A stretch of 64,000 bases of DNA from Armatimonadota bacterium (GCA_037444405.1 JBBIML010000011.1:64001-128000); one strand, 5' to 3'; positions 50,794-61,930 are shown, numbered from the stretch's first letter. Numbers and translations are program-made. The notes: generated from the sequence alone by a model not told the origin.

Positions 50794-52493
50794 CCCGCCG
50801 CCTGAAGTTTGTCGTCCTCAGCGGTGCAAATGCAGTTGCGTCCGGACCGTTTTGCCCGATAGAGCGCGGCGTCGGCTTCATAGAGCAGTGTGGCGGGCGC
50901 CTGTCCCCGCCGATGGGTGGCGACGCCAAAGCTCGCCGTGACGGTCGCGTGTGGGTTCTGAATCGCGGCAACCTGCTGGCGCAGCCGTTCCGCCACGGCA
51001 ACCGCCTCCTGCAAATCGGTGTTGGGCAGCAGGATGGCGAACTCCTCGCCTCCGTAACGGGCGACCACATCGTACGCGCGTGCCGACTGACGCAACACCG
51101 TCGCCACCTGGCGCAGCAGCTCGTCGCCCGCGGGATGCCCGAACCGATCGTTGAACTGCTTAAAATGGTCGATATCGAGCATAATCAGCGACAGGGGCTG
51201 ACCCGAACGCTCCGCCATCTGCACCAGACTCAACAGCGATTCGTGGAACGCGCGATGGTTGCGCAGCCCCGTGAGGCTGTCGGTGACGACCGCATGGGAG
51301 AGCATGGCGTTCATGGCGACCAGCTCGCGATTGGCGGTCGCCAGCTCCTGATTGGTCTGCTGGAGTTCATTATAGAGCCGTTCCAGCTCGCTTTTCTGGG
51401 CTTCGATCTCGCGGCGCTGCTGGTCCAGACGCTCGAAAGCGGCTTGCAGCTGTTCCGCCATATGGTTGAAAGCGCGTGCCAGGATGCCGAACTCGTCGCG
51501 GGCAGGGTAAGGCACGCGCGTCTCCCACATGCCCGACGCCAGTCGGTTCGCTGCCCGCAAAAAGAGGTCCAGATGGCGGCGCAGCATCACAATCACGGCT
51601 GCCGTCGATACACCTGTCAGCAGCAGACCCGCCAGCAGCAGATAGAGCGCGGCGCGCTGTATCGCCTGCTGCATCGCGCGGGCCTGCACTGTGGGCGTGC
51701 TAACGGTCAGCACCGCCACCACCTGATTGCCCACACCATGCAGGGGGGTGCCGAGTGTCAGCTTGCCATCGGGCTGGGTGAGCGCAAAGGGTGTGGAGCC
51801 ATCAGCCGATCTCGGTATGGTCCCTGGCGGCATCAGTTTAACCGTGTTGTTGAGCCGCCCCCACAGGCGGGTCAAGAGCGCCCGATCCAGCTGGCGTGCC
51901 AGCATCAACACGCCCGCCTGCGGCGGCGCGTAGTTGTTGCCCAGCACGGGCGCACAGGCAACCTGATAGAGCGCACCGTCAATCCGCATCAGTCCCATCT
52001 GGCTGGAACCCTGTAGAGCGATTTTCAAGAGAGGGTTGCGCGGGCTTTGCAGCGCGGATATCTGACGACCTGCCTGGTAGACCGCGCGACCCTGCATGTC
52101 AAAAATCAGCACCGTATCGAGATAGAAGTGCGGCAATATCCAGTCGAGAATGTTTTCCTGAACCCAGGCTGAATCGCGCTGGAGCAATGCCTGCTGAAAC
52201 TCATTCCAGACCGCATAGTCCTCGCAGGTGCGCAACAGTTGCCAACCCTCGTGTTCAAGCAGTATCTGGGCAGCTTTGAGCTGCTGGAGCAGGGTGAGCC
52301 GCTGCTGATCCGCCAGCGCGGTTCGCATGGAGTGAACGCTGATTATCAGATAGGGCGGAAGCAGCAGGGTGCTGGTGATGAAGATACTAATTGCCAGCCG
52401 TTTGCCAATAGGCTGTTGCGCCCATCGGAGCCAGAGACGCATCCGGGCATAACTCCACAGACCTCGCACAATTCGCCAGCTGCTCAGTTTCAT
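50790..52493 (-). CDS. Diguanylate cyclase (CHASE4, HAMP, GGDEF)
   Basis: DYAVWNE (CHASE4-like), DEFG HAMP, DIDHFKQFNDRFGH and RYGGEEF with an RxxD I-site (RAYD). Confidence 0.92.
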   Translation of the reverse strand: MKLSSWRIVRGLWSYARMRLWLRWAQQPIGKRLAISIFITSTLLLPPYLIISVHSMRTALADQQRLTLLQQLKAAQILLEHEGWQLLRTCEDYAVWNEFQQALLQRDSAWVQENILDWILPHFYLDTVLIFDMQGRAVYQAGRQISALQSPRNPLLKIALQGSSQMGLMRIDGALYQVACAPVLGNNYAPPQAGVLMLARQLDRALLTRLWGRLNNTVKLMPPGTIPRSADGSTPFALTQPDGKLTLGTPLHGVGNQVVAVLTVSTPTVQARAMQQAIQRAALYLLLAGLLLTGVSTAAVIVMLRRHLDLFLRAANRLASGMWETRVPYPARDEFGILARAFNHMAEQLQAAFERLDQQRREIEAQKSELERLYNELQQTNQELATANRELVAMNAMLSHAVVTDSLTGLRNHRAFHESLLSLVQMAERSGQPLSLIMLDIDHFKQFNDRFGHPAGDELLRQVATVLRQSARAYDVVARYGGEEFAILLPNTDLQEAVAVAERLRQQVAAIQNPHATVTASFGVATHRRGQAPATLLYEADAALYRAKRSGRNCICTAEDDKLQAAG

Positions 52494-52580
52494 CCGCCAC
52501 TCCTTGCGTGTTTATTCCACATGCCCGCCGAATTTTTGAGCAACAGCAAGGGTTCGCGAATCGGGTACACTTCGGGCGGA

Positions 52581-53312
52581 ATGATGAAACGAGTGGACGG
52601 GCGAGCGGCGCATGAGATACGACCGCTGCAGATAGAGTACGGCTTTCACCCCTATGCGGAGGGTTCATGCCTGATTACGATGGGCAACACGCGCGTGCTG
52701 ATTACGGCAACGGTGGAAGATAAGGTGCCGCCCTTTCTGAAGGGCACGGGCAGCGGCTGGATTACGGCGGAGTACGGAATGCTGCCCCGCGCGGGCAAAC
52801 AGCGCAGTCAGCGTGATGTCGCCCGCGGCACGCCCAGCGGACGCACGATGGAAATCCAGCGTCTGATCGGGCGCTCCATCCGCTCCGTGGTCGACCTTTC
52901 GCAGCTAGGGGAGCGCACCATCACGCTCGATTGTGATGTACTGCAGGCGGATGGCGGCACGCGCACCGCCTGTGTTACGGGCGGCTTCGTGGCGTTCGTG
53001 CAGGCGTGCCGCTGGATGATCGACGAAGGCTACCTGCAGCGGTTCCCCTTCCAGGAGCGTGTGGCAGCCATCAGCGTCGGCGTCGTGCGCAACGAGGAGC
53101 TGCTCGATCTGTGCTACGAGGAAGATGTGCAGGCAGCCGTCGATATGAATGTGGTGATGACCGATAAGGGGCGCTATGTGGAGGTGCAGGGCACAGCGGA
53201 GGGCGCACCCTTCTCGCGCGAGCGACTGATCCGTCTGCTCGATCTCGCGCAAAAGGGGCTTCAGCAGGTGTTCGAGATTCAGGCGAAGGCAGTGGAGGCG
53301 ATTATGCGGTGA
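52581..53312 (+). CDS. rph: Ribonuclease PH
   Basis: AEYGMLPRA, GRTMEIQRLIGR, DVLQADGGTRTA and EVQGTAE. Confidence 0.96.
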   Translation: MMKRVDGRAAHEIRPLQIEYGFHPYAEGSCLITMGNTRVLITATVEDKVPPFLKGTGSGWITAEYGMLPRAGKQRSQRDVARGTPSGRTMEIQRLIGRSIRSVVDLSQLGERTITLDCDVLQADGGTRTACVTGGFVAFVQACRWMIDEGYLQRFPFQERVAAISVGVVRNEELLDLCYEEDVQAAVDMNVVMTDKGRYVEVQGTAEGAPFSRERLIRLLDLAQKGLQQVFEIQAKAVEAIMR

Positions 53313-54073
53313 GTGAGGCGCGTCGCATCGTGTCGCTGGCGCCCTCCATCACGGAGATTCTGTTCGCGCTGGGGCTGGGCGAGCGCGTGGTCGGCGTCAC
53401 CGCCATGTGCGACTATCCCCCTGAAGCGAAGCGCAAGCCCAAAGTGGGCGATGCGAACATCAGCCCTGAACGGGTGATCGCGCTCAAGCCCGACCTGGTG
53501 GTGGCGCATGAGCTGCTCAACAGCCGCGTGATTCCCGTTCTGCGTCGGCTCGGCGTGCGTGTGCTGAGTGCGAACCCGAACACCTTCGAGAAGCTCTTCG
53601 CCTTCATTGTGCAGATTGGCAGGGCGGCGGGCGTGCCCCGGCGGGCGGAGCAGCTCGCGCGCCAGCTGAGGGAGCGCATGGAGCGCGTACATCGGCGTGT
53701 TCAGCGCACGCGCCTGCGCCCGCGCGTGCTGTTTGTGATCGGGCTGGAGCCGCTCTGGGCGTCGGGACGCGACACCTTCGCCGATGATCTCATCCGTCGG
53801 GCAGGCGGCGCGAACGCGCTGGGCAGCGCTATGCGGGGTTTCCGCGCGATCAGTATGGAGACCGCGCTCGCCTGCCGACCCGAAGTGATTGTGCTGGCGG
53901 GACCCAAAAAGCAGGCAATCTTAGCTGACCCGCGCTGGCGTCGCACGCCCGCCGTTCAGCGCCAGCGCGTGTATGAAGTGAACCCCGACCTCTACCTGCG
54001 CGAATCGCCCCGCCTCATCGACGCGCTGGAACAACTGGCAAAGCTGCTTCATCCCGAACTGGGACCGCTTTAG
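53309..54073 (+). CDS. BtuF-like helical-backbone metal/cobalamin-binding protein
   Basis: RIVSLAPSITEILFALG...CDYPPEA...KPDLV. Confidence 0.85.
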   Translation: MSEARRIVSLAPSITEILFALGLGERVVGVTAMCDYPPEAKRKPKVGDANISPERVIALKPDLVVAHELLNSRVIPVLRRLGVRVLSANPNTFEKLFAFIVQIGRAAGVPRRAEQLARQLRERMERVHRRVQRTRLRPRVLFVIGLEPLWASGRDTFADDLIRRAGGANALGSAMRGFRAISMETALACRPEVIVLAGPKKQAILADPRWRRTPAVQRQRVYEVNPDLYLRESPRLIDALEQLAKLLHPELGPL

Positions 54074-54717
54074 CTCTGCTCGGCAGACAGGCGTTCCAGT
54101 GCCTGGGCTAAAGCGGCTTCCAGCTGTTTCTGGGTCATGGTGACGGTGAGGTCGGCGCGGGTGCGCTCCAGCACGGCACGCAGCGCGTCGCAGGCGCGCC
54201 GCAGCCCCATCGTGAGCGCGTCGGGATAGTCGAAGGTAATCAGTTCGTCATAAATCTCGTCCATCACTTTCAGCAGGGTCTCGGCATGCGCCAGCTCGCC
54301 CGCTCGCAGTAAATCCAGCACATAGCGGCGGCACTCGGAGGCGGCTTCCGCCATGCCGTTCAGGTACGCCCCGCACTCCACGCCCAGCTCGTCGGGTTCT
54401 GGCAGGGCATTTCCCAGCACAATCGCGTAGAGCGTTTCGCCCTCCACATACTCTTTTTCGGCATCCTGCAGAAAGCCCGCGTAATAGAGCATCGGATAGG
54501 GCATCAGTCGCTCCCGTGCGCCCTGAATCTGCTGATATGCTTCGCTGAGCAGAGCGCGACAGGCATCGAACTCGCGCCGATGCAGGCTGCGAATGGCGCG
54601 GGCGCAGAGCTGGATGGCTTTGCGGCACGCCTGCAACGCCTCCTCGCGTGCCTGATGACGCTCCTCCAGCTGCTGACGCAACTGCTCGGCTATCGCGCTC
54701 CAGTGGTTCGGTTGCAT
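54070..54717 (-). CDS. Translin/TRAX-family protein
   Basis: AREEAL..CR, AIRSLHR, EKEYVE, YLNGMAEAASECRR and LRRACD. Confidence 0.8.
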   Translation of the reverse strand: MQPNHWSAIAEQLRQQLEERHQAREEALQACRKAIQLCARAIRSLHRREFDACRALLSEAYQQIQGARERLMPYPMLYYAGFLQDAEKEYVEGETLYAIVLGNALPEPDELGVECGAYLNGMAEAASECRRYVLDLLRAGELAHAETLLKVMDEIYDELITFDYPDALTMGLRRACDALRAVLERTRADLTVTMTQKQLEAALAQALERLSAEQS

Positions 54718-54725
54718 CGGCGGGA

Positions 54726-55631
54726 TTATACCTGTGGCAGGACGAACGGCACGCGCGCGGGCAGCACCTCACAGTGCAGGTGGCTCGTGTAGATGAGTTC
54801 GCCATCGACCGACACTGGCTCCATATCGGGCAGCCAGAGGCGCACGCTTCTGGCTCGCCAGTGATGCACCGATGGATGACCCAGATGCTCGCCGCGCAGC
54901 GCACGCGGGAACTGGCGCAAAAACTCCAGTCGTGGAATATACTCGATCAGGCACACATCGAAGCAGCCGTCGTCGAACTCGGCGAAGGGCGCGATGCGGA
55001 TGCCCCCGCCATAGCTGCGCCCGTTGGCAATCGCCACCAGCAGCGCCGATTGCTCGATGCGTTGCCCGTCGATTTCCAGCAGCAGTGGCACAGGCTGATA
55101 GTGCCAGAGCTGTTTCAGGATCGCCACGATGTATGCCAGCCGTCCCCAGCGCCGCTTGAGGTGTTCGCTGGTGGCGTCGTTCACGCGGGCGTCGAAGCCG
55201 ACGCCGACCACATTGAAGAAGAAATGCTCGCGTCCGTCGGGCAACTGGATGCGCCCGGCGTCGAGCGTCTGGCAGGTGGGCTGGGCAAGACCGGGCAGCG
55301 CCTGTTGCAGGCGTTTGGGCACGCCCAGCTCGCGCGCGGCGTCGTTGGCGGTGCCGACAGGCAGGCACGCGATGCGCGTGGTGTCCGCCACCTCGCCGCG
55401 CTCCACCGCCCGCAGGTAGCCGCCCACCACACTGCTGAGCGTGCCATCGCCACCGACCGCGACGCAGACCGCACCCTCCCTGGCTAACCGTGCCGAGACC
55501 TCGATCCCCTCCTCCAGCGAGCGGGTGCAGATAGTGCGCCAGTGTTCCAGCGCGGTACGCACCACACGCAGGCGTCGAGTGGCGCGCCCTCCCCCCGCGC
55601 TGGGGTTCACCACCAGATACCCTCGCTGCAC
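54726..55631 (-). CDS. Diacylglycerol/lipid kinase family protein
   Basis: VNPSAG, GGDGT, PVGTANDA, GVGFDA, NGRSYGGG and VDGE. Confidence 0.9.
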   Translation of the reverse strand: MQRGYLVVNPSAGGGRATRRLRVVRTALEHWRTICTRSLEEGIEVSARLAREGAVCVAVGGDGTLSSVVGGYLRAVERGEVADTTRIACLPVGTANDAARELGVPKRLQQALPGLAQPTCQTLDAGRIQLPDGREHFFFNVVGVGFDARVNDATSEHLKRRWGRLAYIVAILKQLWHYQPVPLLLEIDGQRIEQSALLVAIANGRSYGGGIRIAPFAEFDDGCFDVCLIEYIPRLEFLRQFPRALRGEHLGHPSVHHWRARSVRLWLPDMEPVSVDGELIYTSHLHCEVLPARVPFVLPQV

Positions 55632-55641
55632 AGCCCCTCCA

Positions 55642-55667
55642 TTCGCGCATACTGCCACGATTCCTGC
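55642..55667 (-). promoter_or_regulatory. GCAGGAAT-N14-CGAA promoter-like motif
   Basis: Directly upstream of the lipid kinase; recurrent motif. Confidence 0.55.
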
Positions 55668-55707
55668 TTTTTCGCGACAGGGAACCTTTTCGGGCGTCGT
55701 TCGTATA

Positions 55708-55733
55708 GATATATAGACAAGCGTCTATATATC
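55708..55733. promoter_or_regulatory. Probable ArsR operator
   Basis: Perfect 11-bp dyad GATATATAGAC-AAGC-GTCTATATATC just before the arsR-like start. Confidence 0.75.
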
Positions 55734-55742
55734 GGTGAGGCG

Positions 55743-56030
55743 ATGGACGAGAGGCAGTGGGTGCAGGTGGCGCGGGCGCTCGCCGATCCGACACGGCTGG
55801 GGTTGTTGCGGGCGATTGCCCAGCATGGCGAGCTGTCCTGCGGCGAGCTGGCGGAGCGGTTCCCGATTGCGCAGGCGACCGTCTCGCATCATCTGAATGT
55901 GCTGATCGGTGCGGGACTGGTGACAATGCGCAAGCAGGGGCAATATCACCTGTTTCGGCTTCAGGCGGATACGCTCCGCGCCTTCTGCCAGCAGCTTCAG
56001 CAACTGGTGGAGCCTGCGCCCACCGAATAG
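55743..56030 (+). CDS. ArsR/SmtB-family regulator
   Basis: ALADPTRL and QATVSHHLNVL..AGLV. Confidence 0.9.
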   Translation: MDERQWVQVARALADPTRLGLLRAIAQHGELSCGELAERFPIAQATVSHHLNVLIGAGLVTMRKQGQYHLFRLQADTLRAFCQQLQQLVEPAPTE

Positions 56031-56061
56031 ACGCTTGAAACACTCACAAGGAGGGATTGCT

Positions 56062-56658
56062 ATGAGCAAAACATGCACAGGGCGCTGGATGGCATATCTG
56101 AGCGCATTCGGATTGCTGATGGGTTCGTTGCCGGGCGCGTACGCCCAGCGGGTGACCTATCAGGTCGACCCCGTTCACTCGTTTGTGATTTTCCGCGTGA
56201 AGCACATGAACACCGCGTATGCCTACGGGCGATTCAACTCGTTCCGCGGCACGATTGTTGTCGATGAGCGCAATCCTGCCAACAGCTCCGTGGAGTTCGA
56301 GATCGATGTGAACAGTGTGGACACGGGCAACAACCAGCGGGATGACCATCTGCGCGGGCCCGACTTCTTCAATGTGCGTCAGTACCCCAAAATCACCTTC
56401 CGCAGCACCTCCGTGCGTAAGATCAACAACACCACGGTGGAGGTGAAGGGCAACCTTACCATTCGGGGCACCACTCGCCCGCTGACAGTGCGCGTGACCT
56501 ATGTGGGCAAGGGACGCAACCCGCGCGGGCAGGAGATTATCGGCTTCGAGACCACCTTCACGATTAAGCGCAGCCAGTTCGGGGTCAGCTACGGGCTGAA
56601 CGGCGGTCTGGCAGACGATGTGCGCGTGACGGTGGCTGTGGAGGCGATTCGGCAGTGA
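56062..56658 (+). CDS. YceI-family protein
   Basis: Signal peptide, DPVHS, RDDHLRGPDFF and GNLTIRG. Confidence 0.92.
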   Translation: MSKTCTGRWMAYLSAFGLLMGSLPGAYAQRVTYQVDPVHSFVIFRVKHMNTAYAYGRFNSFRGTIVVDERNPANSSVEFEIDVNSVDTGNNQRDDHLRGPDFFNVRQYPKITFRSTSVRKINNTTVEVKGNLTIRGTTRPLTVRVTYVGKGRNPRGQEIIGFETTFTIKRSQFGVSYGLNGGLADDVRVTVAVEAIRQ

Positions 56659-57530
56659 GTGTGGTATGGCACTCGTTGCTAACGGCGGGTGTGCCCGCGC
56701 TGGTGGCTGGCATCGTGTGGCTGCTTGGCGGGCGCATTCCGCCGCTGGCACGCTTTCAGGGAGTGCTGTATCCGCTGGCGTTCGGTGTAAGCTTCTGCCT
56801 TGCCTGCTGGCTGACCGTGGGCAGACCCGCCTTTCCACCGACCGACGCCATGCACTGGCTGTTCTACTTCGCGCTAATGGGCATTCTGCTCGGCTGGCTG
56901 GCGGAGATACCGGCGGACTATCGCTGGCTGTGGGGCGCGCTGGCGCTCCTGCTGCTGGGCGGATGGATGGTGCTGGCGTTGAAACCCCTCATCCAGTCGG
57001 GCTACTGGACGCCCGTCAGCGGTGTTCGCATCATTCTGGTGCTGACGGTTGCCACCTGGCTGTTGGCGGTGCTGGTCGCGCCGAATGGGGAGCAGGAGCG
57101 CGGGGCAGGCTTGCCCTTTTTGCTGGCGACGCTGGGCGGACTGAGCGCGGGGCTGATTTTTTACAATAAGAGCGCGTCGCTGGGTCAGCTCGCAGGTTCG
57201 CTGGGCGCGATTGTGGGCGTTGGTGTACCCATTGGCTGGCTCCTGCGCGACTTTCGGTTGCGGCGCGGCGTGGTGAGCGTCGCGCTGATGGTGCTGGCGT
57301 TGCTGTGGGCGCTGGCTTATGGCTATGCGGAGTTGCCCGCCCGCTATCTGGCTCTGCTCTATCTGTCGGGCGCAAGCCTTGCCCTCAGCCGCTTGAAACC
57401 GCTCGCGCGCCTCAATCCGATTGCCCTTTTTGCCCTGCGCCTGCTACTGCTGCTGATCCTTGCTGGCATCCCGCTCCTGCTCAGCTATCAGACATATATG
57501 GCAGGTCAGGAGGAGTATCCCTATTATTAG
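56655..57530 (+). CDS. Hypothetical polytopic membrane protein
   Basis: About 9-10 TMs; overlaps the yceI stop. Confidence 0.7.
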   Translation: MSVVWHSLLTAGVPALVAGIVWLLGGRIPPLARFQGVLYPLAFGVSFCLACWLTVGRPAFPPTDAMHWLFYFALMGILLGWLAEIPADYRWLWGALALLLLGGWMVLALKPLIQSGYWTPVSGVRIILVLTVATWLLAVLVAPNGEQERGAGLPFLLATLGGLSAGLIFYNKSASLGQLAGSLGAIVGVGVPIGWLLRDFRLRRGVVSVALMVLALLWALAYGYAELPARYLALLYLSGASLALSRLKPLARLNPIALFALRLLLLLILAGIPLLLSYQTYMAGQEEYPYY

Positions 57531-57551
57531 GCTGGGTACAATAGTTTGGCT

Positions 57552-59228
57552 ATGGAGTGGGCGACGAGGGTACTGAGCTGGACGCTCTGGATGCCGCTGA
57601 TAGGTGCTCTGCTGGTTTTGCTAATGCCGCGTTCCCAGCGCTGGACGGCATGGGCGGTGGCGATGGTATTTGCGCTGCTCACGCTGGGGCTGACCTTCCT
57701 GCTGGCGGCTTATTTTGACCCGACCGCGGCGGGCTATCAGTTTGTAGAGCGCGTGGCGTGGCTGCCCGATTATGGCGTCTCGTACCTGCTGGGCATCGAC
57801 GGGGTCAGCTTATGGCTGGTGATGCTGACGGCGGCGCTGGGCGTGCTGACGATAGGCTATCTGGGGCTAATGGCAGCCCGCACGGACGGCGCGGAACCAC
57901 TCGAACGCCTGCATGCGTTTCTCTTTCACCTGCTGTTGCTGGAGACCGCCCTGCTGGGCGTGTTCATGGCGCTCGATCTGGTGCTGTTCTATGTGTTTTT
58001 TGAGCTGACGCTGGTGCCGACTTATTTTCTGATTGCGCTCTGGGGCGGCGAGCGGCGCAGTTATGCCGCGTTGAAGTTCTTTCTGTACACCTTTTTCGGC
58101 TCGCTGTTTATGTTGCTGGCGGCGCTGTGGCTGGCGTTCGCACACTATCGGGCAACGGGCGCGATAACTTTCGAGCTGATGCGCCTGCAGGCGTTTGTGG
58201 CGGAGGGGGGTGTGCCGTTCGAGGTGCAGAAGTGGCTCTTTCTGGGTTTCGCGCTGGCGTTCGCGATTAAGCTGCCCCTTGTGCCGTTTCACACCTGGTG
58301 GCCCCTCGCGATGGGCGAGGCGCCCATCCCCGTGGTGGTGCTGTTTTTGAAGACGGGCGCGTACGCCTTTTTGCGCTTCGCGTTGCCGCTGTTTCCCGAC
58401 GCGGCGCAGGCGTTCGCGCCGCTGGGCATGGCGCTGGCAGCGATTGCGGTGGTGTACGCTGCCATCGTGGCGACCATGCAGACCGACATGAAGCAGGTCG
58501 CGCTCTATGCAGTGGTGAGCCACGCGGGGTTCATCATGATGGGGCTGTTCGCGCTGAATGAGGCGGGCTTCACTGGGAGCGTGATCCAGCAGCTCAATCA
58601 CGGGGTGACGATGGGCGCGCTGTTTCTGCTGATGGGTCTGCTGAAGGCGCGCACGGGCACGCTGGAGATAGGGCGACTGGGCGGGCTGAAGGCACAGATA
58701 CCCCTGCTTTCCGCGCTGTTCCTGATTGCGCTGCTGGCGGCGGTCGCCCTGCCAGGCACCAACGGCTTCATCGGCGAGTTCCTGTGCCTGTTCGGGGCGT
58801 ATCAGGCGTCGCGTGAGGGGCTGACTCCGCTCCTGTGGGTGGTGATCGGCGCGACGGGCACGATTCTATCGGTGGTCTATATGCTCTGGATGTTCCAGCG
58901 CGTGTTCTACGGTCCCCTTCCAGAGCAATTGAAGACGGTGCGCGACCTGAAGCCGGCGGAGGTTGCGCTGGTGCTGCCGCTGATCGCGCTGATTTTCTGG
59001 ATCGGCTTACAACCCCTTCGCTTCACCCGAGCGATGGAACCTGCCGCGATGCAGTGGACAGGGCAGTTTGAAAAGAGGGTCTATCAGCCCGCGTTGAACA
59101 CCACCTGGTTTGACCAGGGTTCGTGCAGGGATTCCTTCATGGTTGAAAAGCAGGCGTACCGTGCTTGGCTTTGCCAGCGCAGCCACACCGACCTGCCACC
59201 GCTCGGCAGGGCTGTACCAGATGAATAG
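57552..59228 (+). CDS. nuoM: NADH-quinone oxidoreductase subunit M-like antiporter subunit (stand-alone)
   Basis: LGIDGVSL, FYVFFELTLVP, FAIKLPLVPFHTW and LPGTNGFIGEF. Confidence 0.85.
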   Translation: MEWATRVLSWTLWMPLIGALLVLLMPRSQRWTAWAVAMVFALLTLGLTFLLAAYFDPTAAGYQFVERVAWLPDYGVSYLLGIDGVSLWLVMLTAALGVLTIGYLGLMAARTDGAEPLERLHAFLFHLLLLETALLGVFMALDLVLFYVFFELTLVPTYFLIALWGGERRSYAALKFFLYTFFGSLFMLLAALWLAFAHYRATGAITFELMRLQAFVAEGGVPFEVQKWLFLGFALAFAIKLPLVPFHTWWPLAMGEAPIPVVVLFLKTGAYAFLRFALPLFPDAAQAFAPLGMALAAIAVVYAAIVATMQTDMKQVALYAVVSHAGFIMMGLFALNEAGFTGSVIQQLNHGVTMGALFLLMGLLKARTGTLEIGRLGGLKAQIPLLSALFLIALLAAVALPGTNGFIGEFLCLFGAYQASREGLTPLLWVVIGATGTILSVVYMLWMFQRVFYGPLPEQLKTVRDLKPAEVALVLPLIALIFWIGLQPLRFTRAMEPAAMQWTGQFEKRVYQPALNTTWFDQGSCRDSFMVEKQAYRAWLCQRSHTDLPPLGRAVPDE

Positions 59229-59374
59229 CTCCGCGCGAGTGGGCATCGCGCTATTATAAGCGCCTGATACCAGCCACTGCCGGGGTGCTAACACACTGCT
59301 TATCCGGGCTGTAAGGCTATCGGCAGCCGGCTTGTCCTGTATCGCATAACCCGCTGGAACGCACATTGAAAGGG

Positions 59375-59404
59375 TTGACACAGGTGGGATGGAGGGGGTA
59401 TAAT
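59375..59404 (+). promoter_or_regulatory. Consensus sigma70 promoter
   Basis: TTGACA-N18-TATAAT. Confidence 0.75.
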
Positions 59405-59494
59405 GCCCCTGCCATGCGACCGAAGTCGCATGGACGCAGGTCAGGAACCCCGTTAATCTAACGGGGTTGAAACACTTTACCAGGGAGGGCAGGC

Positions 59495-60232
59495 ATGGGT
59501 AATGTTTTCAAAATCGGAGGGCTGTTAGCCCTGTTTTTAAGTTTAATCGTTAGCGCCGTTGCCCAAAAAACAATCCGATACACCGTTAAGGAGGGCGATT
59601 CGCTCTATGCGATTGCTCACCGTTTCGGGTTGCGATTGCCTGAGCTGTTGAGGGTGAACAGTTTCCGCAACCCGCACAAAATCAAACCGGGCGATGTGGT
59701 CTGCATCCCGGTGAAGGGCGCGTCGGCAAGGGGTAAGCCGTCGTCATCGGTGCGCCCCACAAATGTTAGCAGGTCGCCGGGTGTCCGTCAGTCGGCATCG
59801 AGGCGCAATCCGTCGCGGACGGCTGCGCTGGCGATGCTGAAGAGCGATAGTGGGCTGAGTCCGACGGCACGGCGCGTGCTGGAGATTGCCCACCGCCATC
59901 TGGGGCGACCCTATCGCTATGGCGGTAGCAGCTCGCGCGGGTTCGATTGTTCGGGCTTCGCACTGCATGTCTATCGCAGTGTGGGCGTCAGCCTGCCGCA
60001 TAGCGCGAGCGCTCAGGCACAACTGGGTAAGCCCGTATCCCGCGACCAGTTGCAGCCGGGCGATCTGGTCTTTTTCCGCACGCGCGGACGCCGCATCTCG
60101 CATGTGGGTATCTACATCGGCAACGGCAAGTTCATTCATGCATCCAGCGCGCGCGGGCGCGTGCGAATCGACTCGCTGAACGAAGGCTACTATCAGCGGC
60201 GCTATGTGTGCGCCCGCCGAATCAGCCGCTAA
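59495..60232 (+). CDS. LysM plus NlpC/P60 cell-wall endopeptidase
   Basis: Signal peptide, YTVKEGDSL LysM, PYRYGG, FDCSG and HVGIY...FIHA. Confidence 0.93.
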   Translation: MGNVFKIGGLLALFLSLIVSAVAQKTIRYTVKEGDSLYAIAHRFGLRLPELLRVNSFRNPHKIKPGDVVCIPVKGASARGKPSSSVRPTNVSRSPGVRQSASRRNPSRTAALAMLKSDSGLSPTARRVLEIAHRHLGRPYRYGGSSSRGFDCSGFALHVYRSVGVSLPHSASAQAQLGKPVSRDQLQPGDLVFFRTRGRRISHVGIYIGNGKFIHASSARGRVRIDSLNEGYYQRRYVCARRISR

Positions 60233-60250
60233 ACCTCATCTTCAGCTTTC

Positions 60251-60279
60251 AACTCCCCTCCTGACACAGGAGGGGGGTT
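60251..60279 (+). terminator. Hairpin after the NlpC/P60 gene
   Basis: AACTCCCCTCCTG-ACA-CAGGAGGGGGGTT. Confidence 0.55.
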
Positions 60280-60458
60280 GACCCCTTGACATTCCTGTCA
60301 TGGCGGGTATAATAATGGGTCGACACCATGGGCAAGCATTCGGTCAGACGCCACGCGGGGTGGAGCGCAAACATCGAAGCGCCCGCGCATGTTGTGGTGT
60401 CTAATGCCAGTCATACCACTTCGAAAACCGCTGCCATCAAAGGGACGGTGATAGATGA

Positions 60459-61927
<1,469 letters not shown>

Positions 61928-61930
61928 GAG

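Noticed and set aside
50709..52016. 435-aa plus-strand ORF
   Set aside because: Antisense shadow of the diguanylate cyclase.
59411..59494. c-di-AMP (ydaO) riboswitch
   Set aside because: Only a partial GGAACC..GGGG.TGAA likeness. The 3' half (CCGTCAGCTAACC) is absent and the leader is too short.
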